A DNA stretch of 64,000 bases from Chrysemys picta bellii (taxonomy: Eukaryota), in assembly GCF_011386835.1 (NCBI RefSeq), contig NC_088807.1, forward strand, positions 1,922,001 through 1,986,000. The letters run 5' to 3'. Of the stretch, positions 1 to 11,389 are shown piece after piece. Under the pieces are notes generated by a model, which had not been told where the DNA came from, ran no database searches, and worked only from the letters and a program-made list of their open reading frames with translations. The position numbers and the translations under genes were made by a program. Every line of letters starts with the position of its first letter. The stretch's first letter is position 1.

Positions 1-349
1 GGGACCAGCCCCGGTCACCGGGGCAGTGGCAGAGCAGGGGAAAGAACCCAGAAGTTCTGCCCCCCCCCATCCGTGAAACAGACTGAAACCAGCCGCCCAG
101 AGGGGAAAGGGCTCAGGGCCCCTTCCCCACCCCCTGGGCCAACTCCACCCCCAAGGAAACAACCCCCCCGCCCCCCCCAGCCCCGGTTCTTCCAAAAGAG
201 CCACATGAAGCAACTGAAATGTCCACCCTGTGAAAGGGTGGGGGGACACCAAATCGGGGGGGGGAGGCTTTGCGGTGACCCCCCCGGATCCAAGGGCTGC
301 CCCAGCGCCACAACCCGCAGCAGGGGCAGGATCTGTGCAGAGCCCTCGA

Positions 350-1348
350 ACCCCACCCCGTGGTGGGGGGGCCGTACAGCGCCCGGCCCACGGCGGGGGT
401 CTGCCTGCTCCCTAGAGCCCCGCCCCGCAGTGGGTGTCCGTACAGCATCCAACCCACGATGGGGGGCCTCCTACTCCCTAGCACTCCACCCGGCGGCAGG
501 GGGTGCGTACAGCACCCAGCCTGTGGTGGGGGGGTCTGCCTTCTCCCTAGAGCCTGCCCCACGGCAGGGGGTCCGTACAGCGCCCAACCTGTGGTGGGGG
601 GGTCTGCCTTCTCCCTAGAGCCTGCCCCACGGCAGGGGGTCCGTACAGTGCCCAGCCTGTGGTGGGGGGGTCTGCCTTCTCCCTAGAGCCTGCCCCACGG
701 CAGGGGGTCCGTACAGTGCCCAGCCTGTGGTGGGGGGGTCCGCCTTCTCCCTAGAGCCTGCCCCATGGCGGGGGGTCCACCCCCTCCCTAGAGCCTGCCC
801 CATGGCGGGGGGTCCATACAGCACCCAGCCCAAGGGGGGGGAGGGGTCCATACAGCGCCCGGCCCACAGTAGGGGGTCTGCCCGCTCCCTAGAGCTTGCC
901 CCACGGCGGGGGTCTGTACAGCGCCCGGCCCGCGGCGGGGGTCTGCCCGCTCCCTAGAGCCTGCCCCACGGCGGGGGTCTGTACAGCGCCCGGCCCGTGG
1001 CGGGGGCCTGCCCACTCCCTAGAGCCTGCCCCACGGCGGGGGGTCCGTACAGCGCCCGGCCCGCGGTGGGGGGTCTGCCCGCTCCCTAGAGCCTGCCCCA
1101 CGGCGGGGGTCTGTACAGCGCCCAGCCTGTGGTGGGGGGTCTGCCCGCTCCCTAGAGCCTGCCCCACGGCGGGGGTCTGTACAGCGCCCAGCCTGTGGTG
1201 GGGGGTCTGCCCGCTCCCTAGAGCCTGCCCCGCGGCGGGGGTCTGTACAGCACTCAGCCTGCAGCAGGGGGTCTGCCCGCTCCCTAGAGCCTGCCCCGCG
1301 GCGGGGGTCCGTACAGCATCCGGCCCGCGGCGGGGGCCTGCCCCCTCC
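350..1348. repeat. ~60-bp GC-rich minisatellite immediately downstream of the B9D2 stop codon
   Basis: Repeated ctccctagagcctgccccacggcgggggtctgtacagcgcccggcc... units, roughly 15 copies. Confidence 0.95.
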
Positions 1349-1662
1349 CTAGCACTCCACCCCGTAGCGGGCGAAGTGGCGCAGCAACACGCCCAGCTCC
1401 AGGTGCACGGTGCCCGCGGCGCTGGTCTGCAGGCGGTACCGGTCGGCCCCCGTGTAGATCAGGTCACTGTTCAGCAGCTGGGGCCCCCCGCCCACAAAGA
1501 GCTGGGAGAGCCGTTCCTGCCAGGAGCCCAGGGGCTGCCAGGTGACGCAGGCCAGCGCGTGCCAGCCCGGGCTGCACGGCACGTGGCAGAAGCCGTAGCC
1601 GTAGAGCTCCCTGCGCCCGAAGGAGTCCTGGTGCCAGACCTGCACGTGCAGCTTGGGCCAGC
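1349..1662 (-). CDS. B9D2: B9D2 last coding exon ([16 protein letters not shown]...RYGVEC*)
   Basis: Matches the B9D2 C-terminus; CAG acceptor 1663-1665, TAG 1349-1351; exons 88+126+314 nt = 175 aa + stop. Confidence 0.97.
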
Positions 1663-2160
1663 CTGACGGCAAGAGAGAGGGGACCCGTCAGTGCCCTGCC
1701 CCGCTCCGCAAGCCGGCTGCCCCCTGCCCCATTCCCTGCCCCCAAGCCACAGTCCTGCCCTGGGGCCGGATGGGAGCCACCAGCATTTATCCACTTCTGC
1801 AGCCGAGGCCACAAGGAGCTTCTGGAAGTGGGGGGATGAACGGCTGCGCCTGCCCCACCTGCCCCCCACCCTGCTCCCACCCCCAGCTCCGGCGGGGCCA
1901 GAGGGAGGGGGAGAAAAGCCCCAGGGGAGACAGGACTGGACAACAAACGGCCTCTGGCGTCTCACACAACTGGAGGGAAATTCCTTCCACTGAGAGAAAT
2001 TAATTCATGCCTGGCCAGGGCTGCCTTCCCCGTCCCTGCCCCCCACGAGCCACGGCTTCCTGCCCCCCAGCTCCTGTCTGGAACCCGCAGCCTTCCCCCA
2101 GCTCCTGGGCCACCAGCCCAGTGGACACCGGGGCTGGAACCGGCGCCGGGCAGAACTTAC

Positions 2161-2286
2161 CCTGCAGCCCCTTGGTGGCAAAGTGCACGTCGATGGGGTG
2201 GGACCAGTAGGCCACATCGCCCAGCTGGGGGTGATCCACCTGCGTCTGCCCCTCCCGCAGGCCGGAGAGCAGCTTCCAGGCACCAC
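2161..2286 (-). CDS. B9D2: B9D2 coding exon 2 ([42 protein letters not shown])
   Basis: 126 nt, AG acceptor / GTAAG donor, phase 1-1; B9 (C2) domain sequence. Confidence 0.97.
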
Positions 2287-2346
2287 CTGGGGGGGGGGGA
2301 AGCACAGTCAGTGAGGGGGGAAGAAGCTTCAGGAAGGGAGCACGTG

Positions 2347-2830
2347 AGAGCCCGGGAGAGAACCCAGGCGTCCTGGCTCCCAGCCCCCCCCCCCCCGCTC
2401 TAACCACTAGACCCCACTCCCCTCCCAGAGCCGGGGAGAGAACCCAGGAGTCCTGGCTCCCAGCCCCCCCTGCTCTAACCACTAGACCCCACTCCCCTCC
2501 CAGAGCTGGGCTAGAACCCAGGAGTCCTGGCTCCCAGCCCCCCCTGCTCTAACTGCTAGACCCCACTCCCCTCCCAGAGCCGGGAGAGAACCCAGGAGTC
2601 CTGGCTCCCAGCCCCCCTGCTCTAACCACTGGACCCCACTCCCCTCCCAGAGCCGGGGAGAGAACCCAGGAGTCCTGGCTCCCAGCCCCCCTGCTCTAAC
2701 CACTGGACCCCACTCCCCTCCCAGAGCTGGGGAGAGAACCCAGGAGTCCTGGCTCCCAGCCCCCCTGCTCTAACCACTGGACCCCACTCCCCTCCCAGAG
2801 CCAGGGAGAGAACCCAGGAGTCCTGGCCCC
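2347..2830 (-). repeat. Tandem array of ~70-bp tRNA-like SINE-head units (family A) filling most of a B9D2 intron
   Basis: About 7 units of ...tctagtggttagagcag...ctgggagccaggactcctgggttctctcccc (reverse strand). Confidence 0.9.
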
Positions 2831-2866
2831 CCCGGGAGCTGACCCCGATGCCCCGGCCCGGCTGAC

Positions 2867-2954
2867 CTGTGTGGATTCCCCACTTGCAGAAGAGGCGGGT
2901 GCTGGGGAACCCGCTTGCTCCCACGATCTGCCCGATGAGGTGCAGCTCGGCCAT
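2867..2954 (-). CDS. B9D2: B9D2 coding exon 1 ([29 protein letters not shown])
   Basis: ATG at 2954, preceded by 4 nt UTR and a CAG acceptor (2959-2961); GTCAG donor at 2866. Confidence 0.97.
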
Positions 2955-3229
2955 GGCCCTGCAGCAGCGGGAGCACAAAGGGGGGGGATTAGAAATAGAA
3001 CCCAGGCGTCCGGGGCCCGCCCCGCCCCGCCCCGCGCGGGCTCCGTGTTGCTGTGCGCTGCCGACCGGCTCGCCCCAGAGGTGGCTGCATCGCCGCGCCC
3101 GGGGATGGGGGGGGGGCGGGACCAGGTGAAGGGGGCGCGCGCTCGGGGCGCGGCGGGGGCGCGCGCGGGGGGAGGGGCGCGTACCCGCCTTAGCTCGCAC
3201 CCGTGGGGGGGCTGGGGGTGGGAGCCGCC

Positions 3230-3600
3230 CCGCGCATGCGCACTGCGCGACGCCCACCCTCCCCGACCCGCTGCCCGGGCGCTACCTACCCGCTAACGAC
3301 CCCCCCGCCCCGGCCCGGTCTCCAGCCGCCGCTCCCGCGTCCCGCCTCCGCCGGCTCCCGCCGCTGCCACGGCAACCGCGGGAGCGAGCCCCCGCCCCCA
3401 CGCCGACGCCGGATTGGCTGGCGGATGGGGCACGTGACGGCGTTTGGGCGGAAGTCCCGCCCCGGAAGCCGGGAAGGGAGCGAGGGTTGCGGCCATCTTG
3501 AGTGGGGCAAAGGAACGCCATGTTGGGAGGGTCATGACAGGCCGGGAGCGCCTCTGCTGGGCGGGGCAAAGCCCTGCGGCAGCCATCTTGGGAAGGGCGG
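3230..3600 (-). promoter_or_regulatory. B9D2: B9D2 CpG-island promoter and probable non-coding exon 1 (donor CGG|GTAGGT at 3290/3289)
   Basis: CpG-dense; NRF1-like GCGCATGCGC 3232-3241, X-box GCTGCCACGGCAAC 3363-3376, GATTGG, CACGTGAC, CCGGAAG, YY1-like GCCATCTTG x2. The acceptor before the ATG requires an upstream exon. Confidence 0.75.
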
Positions 3601-3749
3601 AGAGATTGACAGCTGGGGGGCGGGGCGTAGATGAGCCGCCCCCGCAGGGTCCCGCCCCCGCCCAGCCCCGAGCTGATGGTGGAGCTAGTCGGGGGGGGGG
3701 GGGGGGGGCGACAGGCGCCAACTTTCCAGTGTGCGGGGGGCTCCCTGCT

Positions 3750-4020
3750 CACTCCAGCCCTTCCCCCCCCCCCGGCTGCTCCCCCTCCCTGCCCCCCCTC
3801 CAGCCCTTCCCCCCCCCGGCTGCTCCCCCTCCCCAACCCCCCCTCCAGCCCTTCCCCCCCCCCCGGCTGCTCCCCCTCCCTGCCCCCCCTCCAGCCCTTC
3901 CCCCCCCTCCCCTGAGCCTGCCGGGCCCTTGCTCCCCCCCGCCTTCTCCCCCTCCTCCCCCCCCCCACCTTCTTCCCCTCTCCAGCCCCCACCCCCCGGC
4001 TGCTCCCCCTCCCCGGCCGG
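3750..4020. repeat. Pyrimidine-rich ~50-bp minisatellite
   Basis: Repeated ccagcccttccccccccccggctgctccccctccc. Confidence 0.85.
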
Positions 4021-4349
4021 CGCCCTGGCCCCGAATGCAAAGCGCTTCACCCGGAGGGACTCAGACTCTCGGGCCCGCCCCCTCAGCCGTGTCCGCAGCC
4101 CCAGGGTGACCAGTAATAACCCTTCCCAGCTCAGGGACCCTCCGAGAGCCGTGGGGCTGTGCTCAGCCCCGGCTCCCTGCACAGGGCCCTGCGGCAGGGG
4201 CTGGAGACACCTCTTCCCGCGGCCTGGTTTGCGTTTCAGTGTCCTGCCGAGCACCTGGAAGTGCTGCGGGGGGCGGCCTGAGCAAGAGGGAAACTGAGGC
4301 GCAGAGAGAGATGGCACCTGCCTGAGGTCATGGTGGAAATAAGTGGCAG

Positions 4350-4530
4350 AACCAGGGACAGAACCCAGGAGTCCTGGCTCCCAGCGCCCCTGCTCTAACC
4401 ACTAGATCCCACTCCCCTCCCAGAGCCGGGGAGAGAACCCAGGAGTCCTGGCTCCCAGCCCCCCCGCTCTAACCACTAGACCCCACTCCCCTCCCAGAGC
4501 CGGGGAGAGAACCCAGGAGTCCTGGCCCCC
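4350..4530 (-). repeat. Family A SINE-head array
   Basis: 2-3 units of agaacccaggagtcctggctcccagcc...ctctaaccacta. Confidence 0.85.
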
Positions 4531-5061
4531 CTGCTCTCACCACTGCTGCTCCCTGCTGCTCACCAGGACTCCCTGGCAGCCTTTGCTCTCCCGCCCGGCG
4601 CGTTGACCCTTCATGCCGGCGTCGCGTGGCTACCGGGCTATTTCCAGCTGCCCGTGGCCAACCCGCCCCCCCACCCCCCCGCTCCGAGCCGGGATTATTT
4701 CCTGCCACTCGCAATGAAAGTAAAACGCCCGCGTGCAGCTAAGACAACAAAGGCGGCTAATGCTCCCCTCCGCCCCCACCTCCATCTGCTTCCCGGCACA
4801 GAGTCTGCGGCCTGCTGGGGAGGGGGCTGGGGCTGCCGGGGGGGGGGGGCAGCCGGCTGGATCCCAGTTAGCCCCGTTCCCTTCCGGGCCTGGGGTGACG
4901 GCCAAGGGGGGCAGCCCACAGCGGCGGCCAGTTCGAACCCAGCCCAGGGGGGGCTTGTTACAGGGCGTGAGCTCGCTGGGGCTCCGAGACCCCCGGGCCA
5001 GTTGGCTCCATCACGAGACCCTCGCAGCTGCTTGGGTTGTTCTCCGGAGAAAGGCTCAGGG

Positions 5062-5335
5062 ACCAGCAGGGCTGGGGGGAGCCCAGGGCTGGGCTAGCAG
5101 GGGGCTGCGGGTCGGGAGTGAGGGGCACCAGCAGAGCTGGGGGGGGCAGGGCTGGGCTAGCAAGGGGCTGCGGGTCGGGAGTGAGGGGCAGCGGCAGAGC
5201 GGGGGGGGGCAGGGTTGGGCTAGCAGGGGCTGCGGGTCGGGAGTGAGGGGCACCGGCAGGGCTGGGGGGGGCAGGGCTGGGATAGCCTGGCAGGGGGCTG
5301 CGGGTCGGGAGTGAGGGGCACCGGCAGGGCTGCGT
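5062..5335 (+). repeat. Family B dispersed ~60-bp minisatellite
   Basis: gggctgggctagcaggggctgcgggtcgggagtgaggggcaccggcag units. Confidence 0.9.
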
Positions 5336-6687
5336 AGCGAGGACACTCCAGGGCTAGAACAAAATCTGTCTATTAATAGCTGCCGCGATGCTGGGTTTGG
5401 CAGCAGGACTCCTGGGTCCCTGGTGGCTGCTCCCGCCTCCGTGTGCGTGAGGAGGAGGCGGCGGCTGCGGGGGGGGGGGGCTGTTCGCACCCGGAACGGG
5501 GCCTTTCGATAACTCAACACCCCGTTGGCGGGAGGGAACTGGATTATGCAGGAGCCGGTTCATTAGCCCCCCTCCCCAACAACAACCAGCCCCAGCTCTC
5601 ACCTACATCTTCCCAGCCCCGCTCCCCGGGCATTTCACAGAGCGGGGGAGGGATCATCAGTCCTCCTTTCCAGCTGGGGAAACTGAGGCACGCACGGAGC
5701 AGGCCGTTGATAGAGCAGGGGACCTGGGGTCTCCTGAGGCCCAGTTTAGGGCCCTGCCCACTAGGGCACGCTGCCAATTTTCCCCTTCCTGCCACGATCG
5801 CAGGCTGACGTCCCCCCGGGAGGGCGTTACGGGCCCCCAGGGTGGCACAGAATGGATCAGACCAGCCGTCCATCTCGCTGAGCCCCCTAGACCCCCCCAT
5901 CTCCCTCCCCATCTCCATGCACCCCCTGGGGGGTGGGGGCAGGGCCTGGGCATGCGGGGTGGAGGCGGCTGGCCCAGCGGGGGGGCAGGCTCTGCAGTGG
6001 GCAGCCGACACCAGACACCCCCCCCCCCCTGCAGCCTCTCGTGCTGCAGGGCTTTGCAGCAGCCCTGGGTGCAGATCCTGCTACTCGGGGGGGGGGAGAC
6101 GGGGGGGGGGATTGCTTGTGCCACCCCCTCCCCCTACCTCTTTGTGAGCAGCTGGTGGCTGACCAGCGCTGCAGGGGGGTGGGGGGGGGTGACAGCTTCA
6201 GCAGATGGCAAAGGGGGGAGGGGGGCTGGGGGGGGTAAATACAGATGCGGGGAGGGGGGGCTGAGCTCCATCCGTGGCCCACAGGGCTGGACAGATGCTG
6301 CGATTCCCCACGTGACCCCCGGCCAGGCCTGGGCCCAGCGTCCCCAGCAAAGGGCGAGAACGTCCCCGAGATGGGGGGGTCCAGGGCAGGGCCCATCCCC
6401 CGCAGGGTCTGTGCAGAGCCTGGCACATGGGCTGGGGGGAAGGGGGGGGGTCTCCAGCTGCTGCCCTAAAACACCGAAGGAAAGTGCAGCTCCGGGCCCG
6501 GTGGAGCCTCCTGACCCCATGCGGGAGACGGGCCCTGCCCCACAGAGCCTGGCGACCGCCCCCCGCACAACGGCCCAGTGGACGCGCTGCTGCTGGGGGT
6601 CAGGCCCCACGGCCCCTCCCCTCATGTGCCAGAACTCAAGGGCCAAGCAAACATAGCCCCATCAAAGCCGCCCTGGCAAGCCAGTGG

Positions 6688-6938
6688 TGCCCCTCACTCC
6701 TGACCCGCAGCCCCTCCTAGCCCAGCCCTGGGCACCCCATTTCCCGCCCCCCTGTTCTGCCGGTGCCCCTCACTCCTGACCCGAAGCCCCTCCTAGCCCA
6801 GCCCTGGGCACCCCATTTCCCGCCCCCCAGTTCTGCCGGTGCCCCTCACTCCTGACCCATAGCCCCTCCTAGCCCAGCCCTGGGCACCCCATTTCCCGCC
6901 CCCAAGTTCTGCCGGTGCCCCTCACTCCCGATCCGCAA
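6688..6938 (-). repeat. Family B variant, ~85-bp unit, inverted relative to 7236-7935
   Basis: Three copies of gtgcccctcactcctgacccgcagcccctcctagcccagccctgggcaccccatttccc. Confidence 0.85.
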
Positions 6939-7235
6939 CCCACCCATCTGTCTGTTCCCTTCCCTCCCCCACCGCCCCCTCCCGCACGGAGCCGATTATG
7001 AATGATTCATCAGGCCACGGAGCATTATTCTTTAACGAGCCCGGCTGCTCCAGCCCCCAACACGGCTTTGCTTTTCCAGCCTCCTCAATCTTTCATGGGC
7101 CACTGGTCTCACAGCCGGGTGGGACGCGGAGCCAGGGCCAGGCCTTGTGCAACGAGCTGTCCGGGTCTCAGCAGGGCTGGTGGCCTCCCAGACGCAATGG
7201 GCCCCAGACCTGTGGAAGGGGGAGCTCAGACCTGG

Positions 7236-7935
7236 GTGGCAGGGGCTGCGGGTCGGGAGTGAGGGGCACCGGCAGGGCTGGGGGGGGCAGGGCTGTGCTA
7301 GCAGGGGCTGCGGGTCGGGAGTGAGGGGCACCGGCAGAGCTGGGGGGGGCAGGGCTGGGCTGGCAGGGGCTGCGGGTCGGGAGTGAGGGGCACCGGCAGA
7401 GCTGGGGGGGGGGCAGGGCTGGGCTGGCAGGGGCTGCGGGTCGGGAGTGAGGGGCACCGGCAGAGCTGGGGGGGACAGGGCTGGGCTGGCAGGGGCTGCG
7501 GGTCGAGAGTGAGGGGCACCGGCAGAGCTGGGGGGGGCAGGGCTGGGGTAGCAGGGGCTGCGGGTCGGGAGTGAGGGGCACCGGCAGAGCGGGCGGGTGG
7601 CAGGGCTGGGCTAGCAGGGGCTGCGGGTCGGGAGTGAGGGGCACCGGCAGAGCTGTGGGGGGGCAGGGCTGGGCTAGCAGGGGCTGCGGGTCGGGAGTGA
7701 GGGGCACCGGCAGAGCTGGGGGGCCAGGGCTGGGCTAGCAGGGGCTGCGGGTCGGGAGTGAGGGGCACCGGCAGAGCTGGGGGGGACAGGGCTGGGCTGG
7801 CAGGGGCTGTGGGTCGGGAGTGAGGGGCACCGGCGGAGCTGGGGGGGGCAGGGCCGGGCTAGCAGGGGCTGCGGGTTGGGAGTGAGGGGCACCGGCAGAG
7901 CTGGGGGGCAGGAAATGGGGTGCCCAGGGCTGGGT
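7236..7935 (+). repeat. Family B minisatellite array
   Basis: About 11 units of the family B motif. Confidence 0.92.
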
Positions 7936-8199
7936 TCCCTGCCCCCCGGCATTGGCTGGGTCTGTGGGGTGACACCCTCGGGCTCTGCCCCCCCCCCAGA
8001 TGCTCAGCGGGGAGACCCGGGTAACTTGCTTCCCCTGTCCCCAGACGGGGAGAGAACCCAGGAGTCCTGGCTCCCAGGCTCCCCCACACACACACACATT
8101 GTCAGCTGGGGGGGGGCAGGTCTCCCTGCCACGCCAGGTCCCGCCGTTCCCGTAACGCTGCTGACAAAGCAGCGAAACAAACCCCCCCTGCGCCCCCCC

Positions 8200-8800
8200 C
8201 GCGCCCCCAGCCCCTCCCAGCCCCCCCCCCCGAGCCTGCCCCTTTCGGGGGGCGGGGGGCGGAGCCGGGCTGCGGCTGCATCGCGGGCTGCGGGCTCCGT
8301 GCGGGGCCGCGGGGGGATTTTCGCTTCTCCTGCCGCGGTGGGGGGGAGACCCCTGGGCGGGGGGCGTCGCGGGGGGGCCGGAGCAGCCCCCCGGGATGGG
8401 GCGCGGGGGGGCGGAGCGGCTGGCGGGGGCCCGGACGGAGCCTGGCGCTGGTGGTCGGTAAGTGCCCGGGGGTCCCGGGGGCAGAGCCGGGCGGGGGGGT
8501 CCCGGGGCCGGGGGGGGGACGGACCCCCGGGCTGGGGTCGGTCACACCCGCTCGTTCCACCAGCTGCGGATCGGACCCAGGACGGGGGGGGGGGGCTGCT
8601 AAACCCAGCCCCCCCCGCCATCCCCCTCCATCCGAGCCCCCCCAATCCGAGCCATCCCCGCCAACCACCTCATCCGAGCCCCCCCCGAATCCGAGCCGCC
8701 CCCGCCAGCCCCCCCAATCCGAGCCCCCCCGCCAACCCCCCCATCCGAGCCGCCCCCTGTCCCTAGCGGGGGGGGCAGGTGCCGTGGCGGGGAGGGGTCA
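8200..8800 (+). promoter_or_regulatory. TMEM91: CpG island, probable TMEM91 promoter and non-coding first exon (donor CG|GTAAGT at 8457/8458)
   Basis: CpG-dense with a consensus donor; the TMEM91 start-codon exon begins at an acceptor (10950-10951), so an upstream exon is needed. Linkage is inferred. Confidence 0.5.
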
Positions 8801-9014
8801 GTGTCTTTCCCAGCTCATGGGGGGGGGGGGCGGAGAAGCCAAATCTCCCTCCGGCCCCTCCCCAGGGGGCTCTGCCCCCCCCTCACCTATTGCCATCGGA
8901 GCGACTAACTCGGGGGGGGGGGTCCAGGCGGGGAGGGTGAAGTCTGGGCTCCCCCAGGGCCAAGGCGGTGCCGCGATCTCAGAGCTTCGGGTGGGTGTCC
9001 TTTGTTTTGTGAGT

Positions 9015-9243
9015 GGGGTCCGTGGGGCAGGCCCCCAGCTGGGGTCCGTCGGGGTCGCTCCATTGGGGTCCGTGGGGCAGGCCCCCAGCTGGGGTCCGTC
9101 GGGGTCGCTCCATTGGGGTCCATGGGGCAGCCCCCCAGCTGGGGTCCGTTGGGGTCGCTCCATTGGGGTCCATGGGGCAGCCCCCCAGCTGGTGTCCGTC
9201 AGTGTCGCTCCATTGGGATCCGTGGGGCAGCCCCCCAGCTCGG
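9015..9243. repeat. ~55-bp minisatellite
   Basis: ggggtccgtggggcaggcccccagctggggtccgtcggggtcgctccatt x4. Confidence 0.85.
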
Positions 9244-9654
9244 CCTGTTTACCCAGAGCACATTGTAGCCCCAGGGTCGACGCTGCGACCCCTGTTCCCG
9301 TGGCCGGTGCCAGGGGCTCTGCCCACTGCGGGGAGCTCGGTCCGGTGGGGCCCCGTCGGGCTGGGATGTGGATTGACCCGTCGGCGCGGGACAGGGGTGC
9401 GGGGCGGTGCCCTCTGCTGGGGGGCAGCGTGGGGCACAGAAGCGGGGCTGGGCACCGGTGGCCAGTCTGGAGCTGAGCTGGCCCAGGGAGTAGGAGAGAC
9501 ACCTCCCCCCGCCCCCCACCCACCGGCTTCCCACACACCAGAGTAGGGCAGAGTCACACGGCTCCCAGCGCCGCCCGGAGCCCCGAGTCCTCGCCAAAGC
9601 CCGGATGCGGTGGGGGCGAATGGACTTGGGCAGCTGGATTCGCTAGATGTGGGC

Positions 9655-9810
9655 TGGGAGGGGAGTGGGGTCTAGTGGTTAGAGCAGGGGGGGCTGGGAG
9701 CCAGGACTCCTGGGTTCTCTCCTCGGCTCTGGGAGGGGAGTGGGGTCTAGTGGTTAGATCGGGGGGGGGGGGGGGGGCTGGGAGCCAGGACTCCTGGGTT
9801 CCATTCCCAG
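9655..9810 (+). repeat. Family A SINE-head array
   Basis: Two units with the tctagtggttag and gggttc motifs. Confidence 0.8.
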
Positions 9811-11013
9811 CTTTACCACTGATTTACACGAGGGACTCAGGCCCCTCCCTTTCCCCTCTCTGTGACTCAGTTTCCCCCTCAGGAGGCAGCAGCGGCACCA
9901 ACGCTGCCTCCCGGCGGGAGGTGACTCGAGGCCTGTGCCGCTCCACCAGGCGCCAGATACCGGCCTCCCCTGCCCACATCCCCCAGGACTCGGCACGTCC
10001 CCTCCTCCACCTCCCCCAGTCCTCCTCTTCCCGCCACCGACCCCACTGCCCGGCTGCTCCGAAGGCCCAAACCGCTCTCCTGCCTCCCAGCCGCAAAACT
10101 GCTCCTTCCGCAGAAGCGAGAACTAAACCGGAGGAAAAGCCCAGGCAGGAGCAGAGCTGCGGGAGAGGAGCAGGACCTTGAGTGAAGGGGGGGATGGGGT
10201 GGGGGCATATTTTTGGGGTGGGGCAGGCAGGGCGGGTAGGAATCGCTCGCCCCGGGACCCATCTCCCCTGGTATCCCGGCTGCGTCCACCCAGTGCCCGG
10301 CCTGCGTGGGGGATCGAGGCGCTCGGCAGGCCAGGGGTGGGGGCTAGGATCTCGGCAGGGTTTGCAGGGGGTGTCAAGGGGCCCCTGGGAAATGTGTGTC
10401 GGCTGCCGGAGATCGGCACCGCTCCGCTGGCGGGCCCGGCTCTGCGCCGCGTCGCCCCAGCCGTGGCTCTGGCTCACGGACTTTACTACCGAGAGCAGCG
10501 TCCTTCCCCCGGGGCCTGGCAAGCGGCCGGTCTCATGTTGGCTGCGCTGGGCAAGAACGGGGGACACTGTTGCAACTCATGGTCTGATCTGCACCTGGGC
10601 CCCGGCGTCTGGACACAGCTCGGCTCGGCTCGGCCGCTTTGCCTGATTTCAGGGTCACCGCGTTTAGCTAACGGATGCCCCAGCGGCGCTTTGATTTGCC
10701 CAGACGGGGGTTCCCCGGACGACTGCGCCAAACGTCTCTTCCTCTCCTGGAGCAGCTGGACTTTGTCCAGGCCCCCGGGCTCTCGGGGAGGGGAGTGGGG
10801 TCTAGTGGTTAGTGCAGGACTCCTGGGTCCCTTGGCCAGCTCTGCGAGGCCTTCCCCTTGTGCGTCACAGGGACAACGCGCCAACCCGGGGGTCTCCTCA
10901 TTCTGCGCCCCTACAGATTTATCATGTTTATCCCTTTTTCCCCCCCACCAGGTGACCTGGGAGCCGAAGACCCCGCCGGACCCGCTGCCGGAGCAGGGAT
11001 CTCCCCCGGCCTC

Positions 11014-11389
11014 ATGGAGAACCTCCACGAACTACAGCACCCGCTGCTGGCCAAGGCCTCCGGGGGCGCCCCGGCGGGGGACACGCGGCGGGAACACCCT
11101 GGCTTCTTCGCTCGGCCCGGCTGGAGGCGCCTGCCCCCCGAGCTGCCCCAGCAGCTGCTGGACGCAGGGACCCTGCAGAGGACAGTGGAGCCGCTGGGCA
11201 GCCCCGAGCCGGCCCCCCACCCGGGCCCCACATGGAAGGCCGGGGAGCCCCCCAGCTGGAGGAAGCAGGGTTACTGCGAGACGGCGTTCGGGGAGCCGGC
11301 CGAGCGCCCCCAAGAAGCTCTGCCTGGAGAAGGACATTCACACGGTCTGCTGCGAAGTGGGCGACGGGGAGCTGCTGCCTGACTTCGAG
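11014..11389 (+). CDS. TMEM91: TMEM91 (SynDIG family) coding exon 1, with a +1 frameshift near 11307-11311
   Basis: MENLHELQHPLL resembles the TMEM91 N-terminus; QQLLDAGTLQRTVE and CETAF in one frame, KDIHTVCCEV...DFE|GTGAG in the next; acceptor 10950-10951. Confidence 0.85.

Noticed and set aside
1-340. TGFB1 coding sequence expected from synteny
   Set aside because: No TGFB1-like peptide found; it would lie left of the window
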